From positions 692,493 through 756,492 of the forward strand of contig CAVQPQ010000003.1 in the NCBI GenBank assembly GCA_963714695.1: a DNA stretch of 64,000 nt, read 5' to 3'. Positions within the stretch are counted from its first letter, which is position 1; each line of letters begins with the position of its first letter. The notes beneath the pieces are model-generated. The model was not told the origin of the DNA, ran no database searches, and was given only the letters and a program-made list of their open reading frames with translations. This DNA is from an uncultured Verrucomicrobiae bacterium (GTDB lineage: Bacteria; Verrucomicrobiota; Verrucomicrobiia; Limisphaerales; UBA11358). Positions 52,176 through 62,352 of this stretch are shown here, in pieces. The position numbers were made by a program, and so were the translations under genes.

Positions 52176-55041
52176 TCACCGGGTTTGGATGGTAATCACG
52201 TCCGCGACCAATCCATCCGCCTGGGCCCGCAAAGTGATTGTCCCGGCGCCGCCTTTGGGCCGGAGTATGGCCAGGCAACGTCCTTGGAAAGTCTTGCGCA
52301 TCGGAGCATGAAAACTGGCCACGTCGTTTGGACTGGAACTGCCTTGAGCGGCCAACTCGCCGGCACCGCTGACCGAGAAATGCACGGGGATAACCGCATT
52401 CGGCACCCGGTTGCCATCCTGGTCGAGAACTTCGACGGTCACATACGACAGATCGTTCCGGTCATTGCGAATGGTTTCGCGGTCGGCGGTGAGGCGCAGT
52501 TTCGCCGGTGCGCCCGCAGTGCGCAGGACCGTCGTTGCCACGACCTTTCCGTTGTTCAAACCCGATGCGCGCAATTCGCCGGGCACATAAGGAACCTCGA
52601 ACTTGGCCGTGAGTTTGGTGGTGGCCGAGACAGGTTTTTCCCCGATGATCTTGCCATTCAACTCCAGCCGAACCGTATCGCAGCGCGAATAAACCGCCAC
52701 CTGCAGCGGCTTGTCTTCCTGTCCCGGCCAGTTCCAGCTTTGGCATTCGTCCGGCCAGCCCCATGCGCTCACGATTTCATGGAAGCCCGGCGGCATCGGG
52801 GCATGCACTTCCATCTCGATCTGGCTGCGGCCCCAGAACCACGTCACGATAATACGATTGCGGCTTTTTGAATCCGCAGGTGTCAATGTCGCCGCAATAT
52901 GCGTCGAACCAGGGCCAGGGCATCAGGAATTCATTTCGGACATTGTTCAAGACGGCATGGCCGATGCCGGATTCGCCGAGGTAATCCATTCCCGTCCACA
53001 CAAAATCGCCGATGACATAGGAATGTTTCTCGACCAGGGACCAGTAATCGAAGAGATCCTTGGGATAGGATTCGGTGGCGACCATCACCCGCTGTGGATT
53101 GCGCGCGTGGTCGGATTCATATTTGTCCGGCAGGTAATTGTAACCGCCTATGTCGAGATTCTTGAAAGCTGAATCGGAGGTCTTATCCCAGTTACGGTTT
53201 CCGCTGTCCCAGTCCGCGCAGATGGCCGCGGTGATGGGACGCGTGTTGTCTTGTGCCGATACCACTCCGCGCAATTGCCGGGCGATGTCCTCCCGCTTGA
53301 ACCGCTCGGGGATTTCGTTGCCGATGGACCAGATGACGACTGCGGGATGGTTGCGGTCGCGCCGCACCATGGAGGTGAGGTCACGATCGGACCAGTCCTT
53401 GAAGTAAAGATGATAGTCCTGGCCATTCTTGGGTTGTTCCCACTGGTCAAAGGCTTCGTCAATCACCAGCATGCCCAATCGGTCGCACGCGTCGAGAAAC
53501 GCCGGTGACGGCGGATTGTGGCTGGTGCGGATGGCATTGAATCCGTTGGCCTTCATCAGTTCGATGCGCCGTTCTTCCGCCCGGTCAATCGTGGCGGAGC
53601 CAAGCGGGCCGTTGTCATGATGCATGCAACCGCCCTTGAGTTTGATCATCTGGCCGTTGAGCCGGAACCCGTGTTCGGCATCAACTTCAATCTGTCGGAT
53701 GCCAAAAGTTGTCGGTACCTGATCCACCAGCTTGCCATCGCACAGGATTGCAACGTTGGCCCAATACAGGTCGGGTGTGTCCGGCGACCAGAGCTTCGGC
53801 GAAGAAACTTCAAAAATCTGCTCGGTCCGGTTGGTTCCACCGGCCGGCAGAAGCGCCGGGGTTTCCACCGACTTCACCACCTTGCCGCCGGGTCCAAACA
53901 GGAGCGTGCGAACCATGACATTGGAGTTCGCGCCTGACCCGTTTTGAATTTCGGTCGTCACTTGTACGGTGGCGATTTCTTTCGACACCTTGGGCGTGGT
54001 CACCTGAACACCCCACAACGGCACGTGAACCGGTTCGGTGACCGTGAGCCAGACATGCCGGAAGATGCCCGATCCGGAATACCAGCGGCTGTTCCTGCCT
54101 TCGTTGCGAACGCGAACCGCCAGCACGTTTTCCTGGCCAGCGGGTTTGAGCCAAGGCGTCAAATCGTAAGCAAAACTGGTATAGCCGTAAGGATGGATCC
54201 CCAGATGCCGGCCATTGATCCACACGTCCGAGTTCATATACACGCCGTCAAAACGCACGGAGACGAGTTGATTGCTGTCGCCCTGGCCCAACGTGAAATG
54301 TTTGCGATACCAACCCGTCCCACCGAGAACGTGTCCGGTGGAAGGACCGCCGTCGCTGCTGCCGGGATCAAAGGGACCCGCTGGCTGGGCTTGGACTCCT
54401 GCCGTGTAAATGCCGCCGCTGCCGTGAGCGTCGAAGACCCGCACGGCCAGCACATCGGTGCCACCGCCATGCACCAGGGACGCCGGGATACGGTAACGGC
54501 GCTGGATGTCGAAGCCGGTTTGAAAATCCGGTGGAAATAATCCGGTGCCACCGATGCGGACCCCGTTGAAATAGGCCTCATCGGTGTCATCAATTTTCCC
54601 GAGGAGCAATTCAATATCCTTGCCTTGGTCGCCGGCCGGCACGTCAATGTGCCGCCGGAACCAGCCATACACGTTGTCATTGGTGTAATTCGAATGATGT
54701 TCCCAGGTATCGGGCAGCGTGACTTCCTGCCAGTCCCCGTCGTTCAACTCTGGAACTTTCCACACGGCGTCATCGCCTTCGTGGAAGCGCCATTGGCCAG
54801 GAACCACGGAAAGACGCGGCACCGACGGGTCAACTGGCGGCAAATCCTCGATGCTCCAGTCGTGCGGCACGTCCAGTGTGCGCCATGCCGTGTCGTTGAA
54901 GTCAGGACGTTCCGCACCAGTCGCGTCCGCCCGCAGGAACCGCCAATTTGCATCGAAGGGGCGTTCCCGTCCGTCACCGCCAAAGGTCGGGGTTGTGGAA
55001 AACAGGATGACTGCCAAACCGAGAAATGAGGTAGTTTTCAT
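52176..55041 (-). pseudogene. GH2 beta-galactosidase-family gene interrupted by a +1 frameshift (or sequencing error)
   Basis: ORF 52777-55041 (GH2 N-terminus DTAWRTLDVPHDW; NHPAVVIWSIGNE) and ORF 52176-52886 (WGRSQIEMEVH...DLSYVTVEVLDQDGN) overlap in different frames. On the minus strand, GTGGTTCTGGGGCCGC reads ..RDVV-LGPQP in one frame and ..WFWGRSQ in the other. Removing one nt near 52846 gives a continuous ..YYRDVVWGRSQIEM.. protein of about 955 aa. Confidence 0.75.
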
Positions 55042-55210
55042 GTCAGTAAACCATGCCGCCGGTTCACATTATATGGCCGGGCAGGCGGATCAAATCAAGA
55101 AACATGTTGTCAACAGGTTGGCGGATTTTGACCGGCTGGGAAGTCACCAGATTCAGTCACCGTGTCGGCGACGCGGTGCGTACCGCTCGTATATCACCGG
55201 TCAGCCAACG

Positions 55211-55230
55211 CATCCTCTGAACAGAGGATG
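55211..55230. promoter_or_regulatory. perfect 20-bp palindrome in the divergent GH2 / sensor-kinase intergenic region (candidate operator)
   Basis: CATCCTCTGAACAGAGGATG is its own reverse complement. It lies 56 nt upstream of the kinase ATG (55286) and about 170 nt upstream of the GH2 start (55041). No T-tract follows, so it is not a terminator. Confidence 0.4.
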
Positions 55231-55285
55231 ACTCTCAATCCCCTATGGACTTTGAAACTCAACTCAACTAAAACATTCATGCCTC

Positions 55286-58200
55286 ATGCATTCACAACCT
55301 GTACGCCAAATCGGGGCGCGCCCGCTCCAAGTATTCGCCAGACGAAGTTGGTTTGGAGTGCTCTGGTGTGTCTGCCTGGCTGCCACCAGCCTGGCCGCCT
55401 CGCTGCCGAACTATATCACCCGGATGTGGACAACGGACAATGGCCTGCCCGACAGCTGTGTAAAGAGTGTCATTCAATCGCGGGACGGTTATTTGTGGCT
55501 GGGCACCCGGAGTGGTCTGGCGCGGTTCGACGGCGTGCGCTTCACGGTTTTTGACAGTGGCAACACCCCCGAGATGCAAAGTCCGCACGTGACCTGCTTG
55601 TTTGAAGATGCCGAAGGCGCGATCTGGATCGGGCATGAAACCGGGGAGTTGACCTGTTATCAGGATGGCAAATTTCGCGCGGTTCCCATCTTGGCCAAGT
55701 GGCACGGCGGAAAGATTTACGGCATCGGCGCCAACCTGGCGGGTGCCATCTGGCTGCTGAATGGCGACGGCGAACTGGCGCGGGTGAAAGACTGGTTCGT
55801 CATCCCATCCCCCCCCGGCAAGGCCCCGGTTCGAGTAGCCATGGTCCGGAAGCTTGCCGGCGGCTTCTGGATCCAACGCGACGACGTAGTGTCGGAACTG
55901 GAAGAGGACCACCTGCGACCCGTGTATCTTGACCAGCCTCCTCGCAATCGCTACGTTCAGGGAATCGGGGCCAGCCGTGACGGCGGCCTCTGGGTCATGA
56001 CGGAAGGCCTGATGCTCAAGTGGAAAAACGGGCGGTGGATTGAAGGTTTTGGATCGGCACCATGGGGATTTGCAGGCGTTAACACCTTGCTTGAAACGAA
56101 GGGCGGAACCTTGGCGGTGGCGACACCCGATTACGGACTTTGTCTTACTTTTCCCAGCCAGGGGCTTTTGCAGTTCTGTCGCACGAACGGGTTTCCAGAC
56201 GATTGGATCGCATCGCTCTGCGAAGATCGCGAAGGAAATTTGTGGGTGGGAACTGGCAACAGCGGCCTGGCCATGTTGCATCCCGGCAACATCACCACCC
56301 TCAACCCGCCCGACCACTGGCAGGGGCGCAGGGTCCTGTCCGCTGCCTGCGGTTCGGATGACGCGTTGTGGATTGGCACCGAAGGTACCTATTTGTATCG
56401 TTTTGCCGATGGGAACTGGACGCACTTTGATCAAAGTGCCGGCCTGAACCATCGCTATGTGTGGTCGGTCGTGCTGGATGCGCTGGACCGGCCCTGGGTC
56501 GGCACTTGGGGAGGCAGTGTGTTCGAGTGGAACGGATCCCGGTTCGAATTGGTGCCAGAATTAAAAGACTTCGGCATTCCAGTGCCCGCCCTGCTGGCGA
56601 CAACGAACATGGGGTTGCTCCTCGGCACCAGCGCCGGATTGATGCGATATGAGCCGGGCAAGGTCACATGGCTGGTCCGTGAACCGGAGTTGGCCTTGCC
56701 GGACGTGCGCACGGTGACCGAGGCGCCAGATGGGACTTTGTGGTTCGGCATGTCCGGTGGCGGACTGGGCCGCCTTCAGCAGGGAGTCCTGCGACAATTT
56801 CGCCGGAGCGATGGTCTGTCGAGTGATTTTGTGCAATGCCTTCACTTGGATGGCGACGAGACACTTTGGATTGGCACGTTCAATGGATTGAATCGCTTCA
56901 AGGGTGGCCGTTTCGTGGCCATCACCAAAAAACAGGGATTGTCGGATGACACGATCTGTGACATTGAGGATGATGGCCGGGGCTATTTCTGGCTCAGTTC
57001 CCATGGCGGCATCATGCGAGTCAACCAAGCCGAACTGAATCGCTGCGCGAACGGCCAGGTCAAGGAATTGCACTGTCTGACGTATGGGTTGAGTGATGGC
57101 ATGCCGACGTTGGAATGTTCGGGTGGATTCCAGCCAGCGGGCTGCCGGACGAAAGACGGGCGGCTGTGGTTTCCGACCAGCAAGGGACTGGTGGCGGTGG
57201 ATCCCGGCAAGGTCGAAGCCAACATTCTGATTCCGCCGGTAGCGATCGAACGGCTGCTGGTGGATGATCAGGTGGTGAATGCAGGCATGGCGCCCGAAAC
57301 TCCGCTGCGGATTGCGCCGGGCCGGCACCGGTATGAATTCCAGTTTACCGGATTGAGTTTTGAGGCGCCGGAAAATGTGCGTTTCCGATATCGTCTCGAA
57401 GGAGTGGAAACCAAATGGGTGGAGACACAGACGCCGCGCAAGGCTTTCTACAGCCATCTCCCTCCCGGCGACTACCGGTTTCGAGTGCTGGCCTGCAACA
57501 ACAACGGAGTCTGGAACGAGCAAGGTGCGACGCTGGCGTTCACGGTGCTGCCGGCGTTCTGGCAGACCTGGTGGTTCCGAACCTCGGGAGTGGTGATGAT
57601 CGCGCTGGCCGGCGGCGGGATTGTGTGGCTGGACGCGCGGCGACGGACGCGGCGCAAAGTGGAACGGCTGGAACGGCAGCAGGCCGTCGAGCGCGAGCGA
57701 ATCCGCATCGCCCGGGACATTCATGACGACTTGGGAGCAAATCTGACGTGCATTACGATGTTGAGCGAGTCGGCCCGGACTGATTTGAATGATCTGTGGC
57801 AGGTGGCCGGCCATCTCGATCAGATTTACAACACCGCGTGCGAGTTGACCCGGGCAATGGGCGAAGTGGTATGGGCAATCAATCCCCGGCACGATACGCT
57901 CGACAGTGTGGCTGCTTATCTGGAGGAGTTCGGGCAAAATATGCTGAGAACCGCCGGCATCCGATGCAAAATGAACATGCCCTCACAGCTCCCGGCCCGG
58001 GTGGTCACCGCCGAAGTGCGGCATAATTTGTTTCTGGCTTTCAAGGAGGCGTTACACAACGCCATCAAACATGCCGGCGCCTCCGAGGTGCGAATTTGCC
58101 TCACGGTGGAGCCCGCCGCCTTCACCCTGGTGGTCGAGGATAACGGCAAGGGATTTGCGTCGGAGGCGTTATTAACAGGGGCACCACACGGTCAGCCCGG

Positions 58201-58336
58201 CCACGGGACGGGCAACGGGCTGGCGAACATGCGCCACCGGCTGGCCGAAATCGGCGGGCGCTGCGAAATTGAGAGTGCGCCAGGAAAAGGAACGAAGGTG
58301 ACGTTCATGGTCGCGTTGAAAGACCTTCTCGCATGA
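55286..58336 (+). CDS. Y_Y_Y-type sensor histidine kinase (beta-propeller repeats, Y_Y_Y, TM, HisKA_3, HATPase_c)
   Basis: 1016-aa ORF with repeated GLPDS.V.S..QDRDG.LW.GT..GL.RFDG propeller motifs. It has a Y_Y_Y segment (RFRYRLEGVETKWVETQTPRKAFYSHLPPGDYRFRVLACNNNGVWN) and a TM helix (WWFRTSGVVMIALAGGGIVWL). The H-box is ERERIRIARDIHDDLGANLT, and an ATPase G-box is present. Confidence 0.9.
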   Translation: MHSQPVRQIGARPLQVFARRSWFGVLWCVCLAATSLAASLPNYITRMWTTDNGLPDSCVKSVIQSRDGYLWLGTRSGLARFDGVRFTVFDSGNTPEMQSPHVTCLFEDAEGAIWIGHETGELTCYQDGKFRAVPILAKWHGGKIYGIGANLAGAIWLLNGDGELARVKDWFVIPSPPGKAPVRVAMVRKLAGGFWIQRDDVVSELEEDHLRPVYLDQPPRNRYVQGIGASRDGGLWVMTEGLMLKWKNGRWIEGFGSAPWGFAGVNTLLETKGGTLAVATPDYGLCLTFPSQGLLQFCRTNGFPDDWIASLCEDREGNLWVGTGNSGLAMLHPGNITTLNPPDHWQGRRVLSAACGSDDALWIGTEGTYLYRFADGNWTHFDQSAGLNHRYVWSVVLDALDRPWVGTWGGSVFEWNGSRFELVPELKDFGIPVPALLATTNMGLLLGTSAGLMRYEPGKVTWLVREPELALPDVRTVTEAPDGTLWFGMSGGGLGRLQQGVLRQFRRSDGLSSDFVQCLHLDGDETLWIGTFNGLNRFKGGRFVAITKKQGLSDDTICDIEDDGRGYFWLSSHGGIMRVNQAELNRCANGQVKELHCLTYGLSDGMPTLECSGGFQPAGCRTKDGRLWFPTSKGLVAVDPGKVEANILIPPVAIERLLVDDQVVNAGMAPETPLRIAPGRHRYEFQFTGLSFEAPENVRFRYRLEGVETKWVETQTPRKAFYSHLPPGDYRFRVLACNNNGVWNEQGATLAFTVLPAFWQTWWFRTSGVVMIALAGGGIVWLDARRRTRRKVERLERQQAVERERIRIARDIHDDLGANLTCITMLSESARTDLNDLWQVAGHLDQIYNTACELTRAMGEVVWAINPRHDTLDSVAAYLEEFGQNMLRTAGIRCKMNMPSQLPARVVTAEVRHNLFLAFKEALHNAIKHAGASEVRICLTVEPAAFTLVVEDNGKGFASEALLTGAPHGQPGHGTGNGLANMRHRLAEIGGRCEIESAPGKGTKVTFMVALKDLLA

Positions 58337-58448
58337 GAACCCCGAAGGCGGCGGCACGCCAGTCTGTTTACCGCCGGCCAGCCGGCATGTCCTCATAATT
58401 GGGGACTCCTCCTGTTCGCCCGATGCTGATACATTCCCAAGACACAGC

Positions 58449-59120
58449 TTGAACATCACGGTTTCCATTATTGAAGACGACGCTTCCGTGCGACAAATCC
58501 TGACCGGGTGGATTGACGCGGCGAACGGGGTTCGTTGTTTGAGCGCCTACGGTACCGCGGAGAGCGCGCTGGCAGCATTGCCGCAGGAGTCGCCGGACAT
58601 TCTGTTGGTGGACATCAATCTGCCCGGCATGAACGGCGTCGAGTGTGTGCGCCGCCTGAAGCCTCTGATGCCGAAAACCCAGTTTCTGATGTTGACTGTG
58701 TATGCGGATGCCGATCACATCTTCAATGCGCTGGCAGCCGGGGCGAGCGGTTATTTGCTGAAGGAAACCAAGCAAAAAGAATTAATTGCCTCGCTCAAAC
58801 TGACCCATGAGGGTGGCGCCGCCATGACCAGCCAGATTGCCCGCAAGGTGGTGCAATCGTTCCACCAACCCCAGCCGGAAAAACCGGAGCCGCAGGGCCT
58901 CACACCGCGGGAACAGGCCATACTTGAGTTGCTGTCACGCGGTGATTATTACAAGGAAATTGCGGAATCTCTCGGCATCAGTGTGCATACGGTTTGCACA
59001 CATATCCGCCACATCTACGAGAAACTCCACGTCCGTTCCCGCGCCCAAGCCATCGCCAAGTACACGTATTCCCCCGCAACCACGGCAACCACCGATCCAT
59101 CCGCCAAGTTGAAAGGGTAA
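58449..59120 (+). CDS. NarL/LuxR-family response regulator
   Basis: 223-aa ORF with an apparent TTG start. The receiver domain reads VSIIEDD...ILLVDINLPGMNGVEC. The LuxR HTH reads LTPREQAILELLSRGDYYKEIAESLGISVHTVCTHIRHIYEKLHV. Confidence 0.9.
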   Translation: MNITVSIIEDDASVRQILTGWIDAANGVRCLSAYGTAESALAALPQESPDILLVDINLPGMNGVECVRRLKPLMPKTQFLMLTVYADADHIFNALAAGASGYLLKETKQKELIASLKLTHEGGAAMTSQIARKVVQSFHQPQPEKPEPQGLTPREQAILELLSRGDYYKEIAESLGISVHTVCTHIRHIYEKLHVRSRAQAIAKYTYSPATTATTDPSAKLKG

Positions 59121-59309
59121 TCAATTGTAACTAATCAATTTTGGGGACTATCCAGCCGGGTGTTTTCTGATAGGATATGCATTTATGTGGATGGCTAGTG
59201 TTCTTGCATATCCCTTGTGTTCCCTTGGGTTTCTTCCCCCAAGGGGGCACATTCAACAAACAACCCCGACCTGTTTGGGGAGGAAGAAAATGAAAAACCA
59301 GAAAAGTAT

Positions 59310-59972
59310 ATGAAATCAATAAAACTAACCTTGGCGCTGGCACTGGCGCTGGCGGCCATGCCATTGGCCTCGCATGCTTACGTGTGGAGTTCCTGTGCCC
59401 AGTATGGCACATACTCGAGCGGCGGTTATGAAATCTACTGCGACGAATGGGGCAGCACTGCTTCCGAGTGCGTCTATGCCAACAGTGTCACTTCATTTAA
59501 TGTGGTCAGTTCGGTGCCCACCGGCGGCGGCGTCAAGGGCTATCCCAACACCTGCAGAAACAGCATTGGCAAGACCGTCAGTGCCTACACCAGCTCGAGC
59601 AGTTATAGTTGGAGCGCTCCCGGTGGCACGTATTGGGACGCCTCGTTTGATTGCTGGGTTCCCACCGAAGTCATGGTCTGGGAAGGCAACAGCGGCGGCG
59701 TGGGTCCGAGCGGATCCAAGGTCTATTCCAACCAATCCATTGACGGCGGCACGTGGAATGTTTACTGGCAGGGTGGCGGCCCCTTGTCCTTCCTCCGGAC
59801 GAGCAACTCCGGTTCAGGCTCACAGAACCTGGGCACCTTCTTCCGTTGGGGTGCCAGCAAGGGTTACTTCAGCAGTGGCGGCACGATTGGCGGCGTCGGC
59901 TTCGGATTCGAAATCTTCGGATCAGGCAGCTCGCACACTTGGTACGTGAACAGCGTTTCCATCGGAACTTAA
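59310..59972 (+). CDS. GH12-like endo-beta-1,4-glucanase (possible xyloglucanase)
   Basis: From the ATG at 59310 there is a signal peptide (LALALALAAMPLASHA). The ~200-aa beta-jelly-roll-sized mature protein carries GH12-like catalytic motifs: EVMVWEG (compare E-I/L-M-I/V-W) and GFEIFGSG (compare G-x-E-x-F/W). VKGYPN is also present. Confidence 0.7.
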   Translation: MKSIKLTLALALALAAMPLASHAYVWSSCAQYGTYSSGGYEIYCDEWGSTASECVYANSVTSFNVVSSVPTGGGVKGYPNTCRNSIGKTVSAYTSSSSYSWSAPGGTYWDASFDCWVPTEVMVWEGNSGGVGPSGSKVYSNQSIDGGTWNVYWQGGGPLSFLRTSNSGSGSQNLGTFFRWGASKGYFSSGGTIGGVGFGFEIFGSGSSHTWYVNSVSIGT

Positions 59973-60002
59973 TCTTCCCCTGGCAGCAAAATGGTTTCAA
60001 AG

Positions 60003-60034
60003 GGGACGGGCCGGTTTGGCCCGTCCCTTATTTT
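60003..60034 (+). terminator. Rho-independent terminator after the GH12-like gene
   Basis: A 10-bp GC-rich stem GGGACGGGCC (60003-60012) pairs with GGCCCGTCCC (60018-60027) around the loop GGTTT, followed by TTATTTT. Confidence 0.75.
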
Positions 60035-60127
60035 CATGGTGGCTTCAGGTAAATTCTTGCGGGCAGACTTGAGCCGGCTAAGATAACTGCATAACCGCAA
60101 TGTTTCTGAATTTCAAAATTGACCTGA

Positions 60128-60145
60128 ATTGTAATTGTAATTGTA
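60128..60145 (+). repeat. (ATTGTA)x3 tandem hexamer abutting the TPR gene start
   Basis: Three exact ATTGTA units were read directly. The last A is the A of the ATG at 60145. If the upstream ATG at 60100 is used instead, the repeat encodes NCNCNC. Confidence 0.85.
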
Positions 60146-62313
60146 TGAGTGTTCACGGATTAGGACGATATCGTCTGGCGGCGCAGATGATTGCCGCCGG
60201 GCTGGCCCTCGGTTTCATCGGACTGGGCTGCCGGCAGGTTGAACCCAGGGAACAGCCAAAACAAAGCGAAGTGCCCCGCCGCCCGTCAGTGGCATCCGTT
60301 GACACCAATTACACTAATTACCGGCTGTTATGGGAGGTGGAGATGAACAACGCCACCGGGGCATTGAAGCAAAAAGCCTATGCTCAGGCCGAACAGAGCT
60401 GCGCCGAAGCGCTGAGAACCGCCGGCAAACTTGATCCGGCTGATCCTTGCCTGACCACCAATCTGATCTTGCTGGCTCAAATTTATCAGATGGAAAACAA
60501 ATCCGAGCTGGCCGGGCAGATTTTAAGGGAAGCCCTCGCAAGCCGCGAGAAAGTGGTTGGAACAAATGATCCGAGCCTGATCCTGCCCATGGATAACCTG
60601 GCGAAGTTCTACTACTTTGGCGAACACCGATACGATTTGGCAACGCCGTTGTGCCTGAGAATTCTTCAGATTGTCGAAAATATATCACCCCGGGACGATG
60701 CCGAAGTGGAGAAGCGGGCGCGGGCGGTGGCCGCTGTCTATCGCATTCAGGGCCAGTATGCCCGGGCCGAACCGTATTACAAACAAACCCTGGAACTGGC
60801 CGGGAAAAACAACGACAACTTGCCCGGCTGTTTGCTGGCCGTGAGCGGCTTTTACCATGATTGGGGGAAATACGACCAGGCCGAGTCCCTGTGCCAGCGC
60901 GCGCTGGCCATGCAGGAAAAAGCCGCGGAATCCAACACCAACACCGAGGCTCAGATGAACCTGGCCATAACTTTTTATGGTCTCGCGGAGAATTACCGCA
61001 GTTGGGGCAGGCTGGATCAGGCGGAACCGTTCTATCGCCGGTCGGTGGACATGGTTGAAAAAAATCTCGGCCCGGACAGTTCGGATCTGGCGCGGCCCCT
61101 GGCTGGCCTGGCTGCCACGCTGGCCGCCCAAGGGCAAACCAATCAGGCCATCGCCCTTTACCAGCGGGCTTTCGCCGTGACGGAAGACAAGCTCGAACCT
61201 GGAGATTCCGTGGTGGAGGCCGTCCTTGATGACTACACCGCCCTGCTGGACAAAATGAACCGGTCGGACGAGGCAAAAACTTTGCGACAGGGGTATCAAT
61301 GGCGGGCCCTGATGTACCAGTCGCAGCACGCGCGGAGAAACAATAATCTGGACGATGCGGAACGGCTGGCCGGCCAGGCACTGGATCTGGCCCGCAACTT
61401 TGGTCCCGCCGACCCGCGCCCGGCCAAAAGCCAGGTGCAAATGGCCGAGGTCTATCGCCAGCAGGGGAAGACCGACCTGGCCGAACAGACTTACAAGAAC
61501 GCCATAGTCAGTTGTGAAAAAGCCGTCGGAACCAACAGTCCGGATCTGATCCTGCCGCTGGAAACCCTGGCGAACTTTTACTATAACACCAAAGTCCACT
61601 ATGATCAGGTCGCGGTTCTGTATCAGCGGATATTGAACATCATCCAGGCGGCCCCCGCGCCGAATCCACTGGAAGTGGCCCGGTGGCAGCGAAATCTGGC
61701 CGACGTTTACCGCCTCCTGAAGCAGAACGCGCTGGCCGAGGACTGTTACAAACAGGCGCTGGTAACAGTCGAGGCCGTAACGAATTCCGCGGACGACCAG
61801 GTGCAGTACCTGCAGGCGCTGGCTGAGTTTTACCAAACCACCAGCCGGTGCGATGAGGCTGAACTTTTGGCGAAGCGCGCGCTCGCTATTCGCGAACGGG
61901 CCTGCGGGCCGGACGCGGGGCCCGATGCGCAACTGGACGTGGCGGTTTGCTGCGATGCCCTGGCGCAAATTTACCTCGTCCGGAACAGGCCGGAACAGGC
62001 CGAATTGTTATACAAACGGTCCCTGCCGATTGTTGAGAAGGTCGCAGGCGCTGAAAGTTCCGATCTTACACCCCGGCTCTTGGGGCTGGCCACGGCCTTG
62101 CGTGCGCAGAAGAAATACGCCGAGGCGGAAGCTCAATACAAGCAGGCTTTGGCCATCACGCAAAAGAACGCCGGACCCGAGGCGTGGCAGGTGGCCGACG
62201 TGCTTGACCAGTATGCCACCCTGCTGGAGGAAATGAAGAAACCCGAAGACGCGAAAGGCATGCGCGACTGGGCCGATTCTGTCCGCAAACAAGATGCTTT
62301 GCGGCATGAATAA
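60145..62313 (+). CDS. TPR-repeat lipoprotein (TPR_10/12, kinesin-light-chain-like repeats)
   Basis: An ATG at 60145 gives a signal peptide plus lipobox (AAGLALGFIGLGC). More than 12 repeats of the type A..YKQAL.I.EK..G...P..A..L..LA.LY..QG.Y..AE follow. Confidence 0.85.
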   Translation: MSVHGLGRYRLAAQMIAAGLALGFIGLGCRQVEPREQPKQSEVPRRPSVASVDTNYTNYRLLWEVEMNNATGALKQKAYAQAEQSCAEALRTAGKLDPADPCLTTNLILLAQIYQMENKSELAGQILREALASREKVVGTNDPSLILPMDNLAKFYYFGEHRYDLATPLCLRILQIVENISPRDDAEVEKRARAVAAVYRIQGQYARAEPYYKQTLELAGKNNDNLPGCLLAVSGFYHDWGKYDQAESLCQRALAMQEKAAESNTNTEAQMNLAITFYGLAENYRSWGRLDQAEPFYRRSVDMVEKNLGPDSSDLARPLAGLAATLAAQGQTNQAIALYQRAFAVTEDKLEPGDSVVEAVLDDYTALLDKMNRSDEAKTLRQGYQWRALMYQSQHARRNNNLDDAERLAGQALDLARNFGPADPRPAKSQVQMAEVYRQQGKTDLAEQTYKNAIVSCEKAVGTNSPDLILPLETLANFYYNTKVHYDQVAVLYQRILNIIQAAPAPNPLEVARWQRNLADVYRLLKQNALAEDCYKQALVTVEAVTNSADDQVQYLQALAEFYQTTSRCDEAELLAKRALAIRERACGPDAGPDAQLDVAVCCDALAQIYLVRNRPEQAELLYKRSLPIVEKVAGAESSDLTPRLLGLATALRAQKKYAEAEAQYKQALAITQKNAGPEAWQVADVLDQYATLLEEMKKPEDAKGMRDWADSVRKQDALRHE

Positions 62314-62352
62314 TTGATGCCGGTGATTTCCGCGATCATCCATTGAAGTGAA

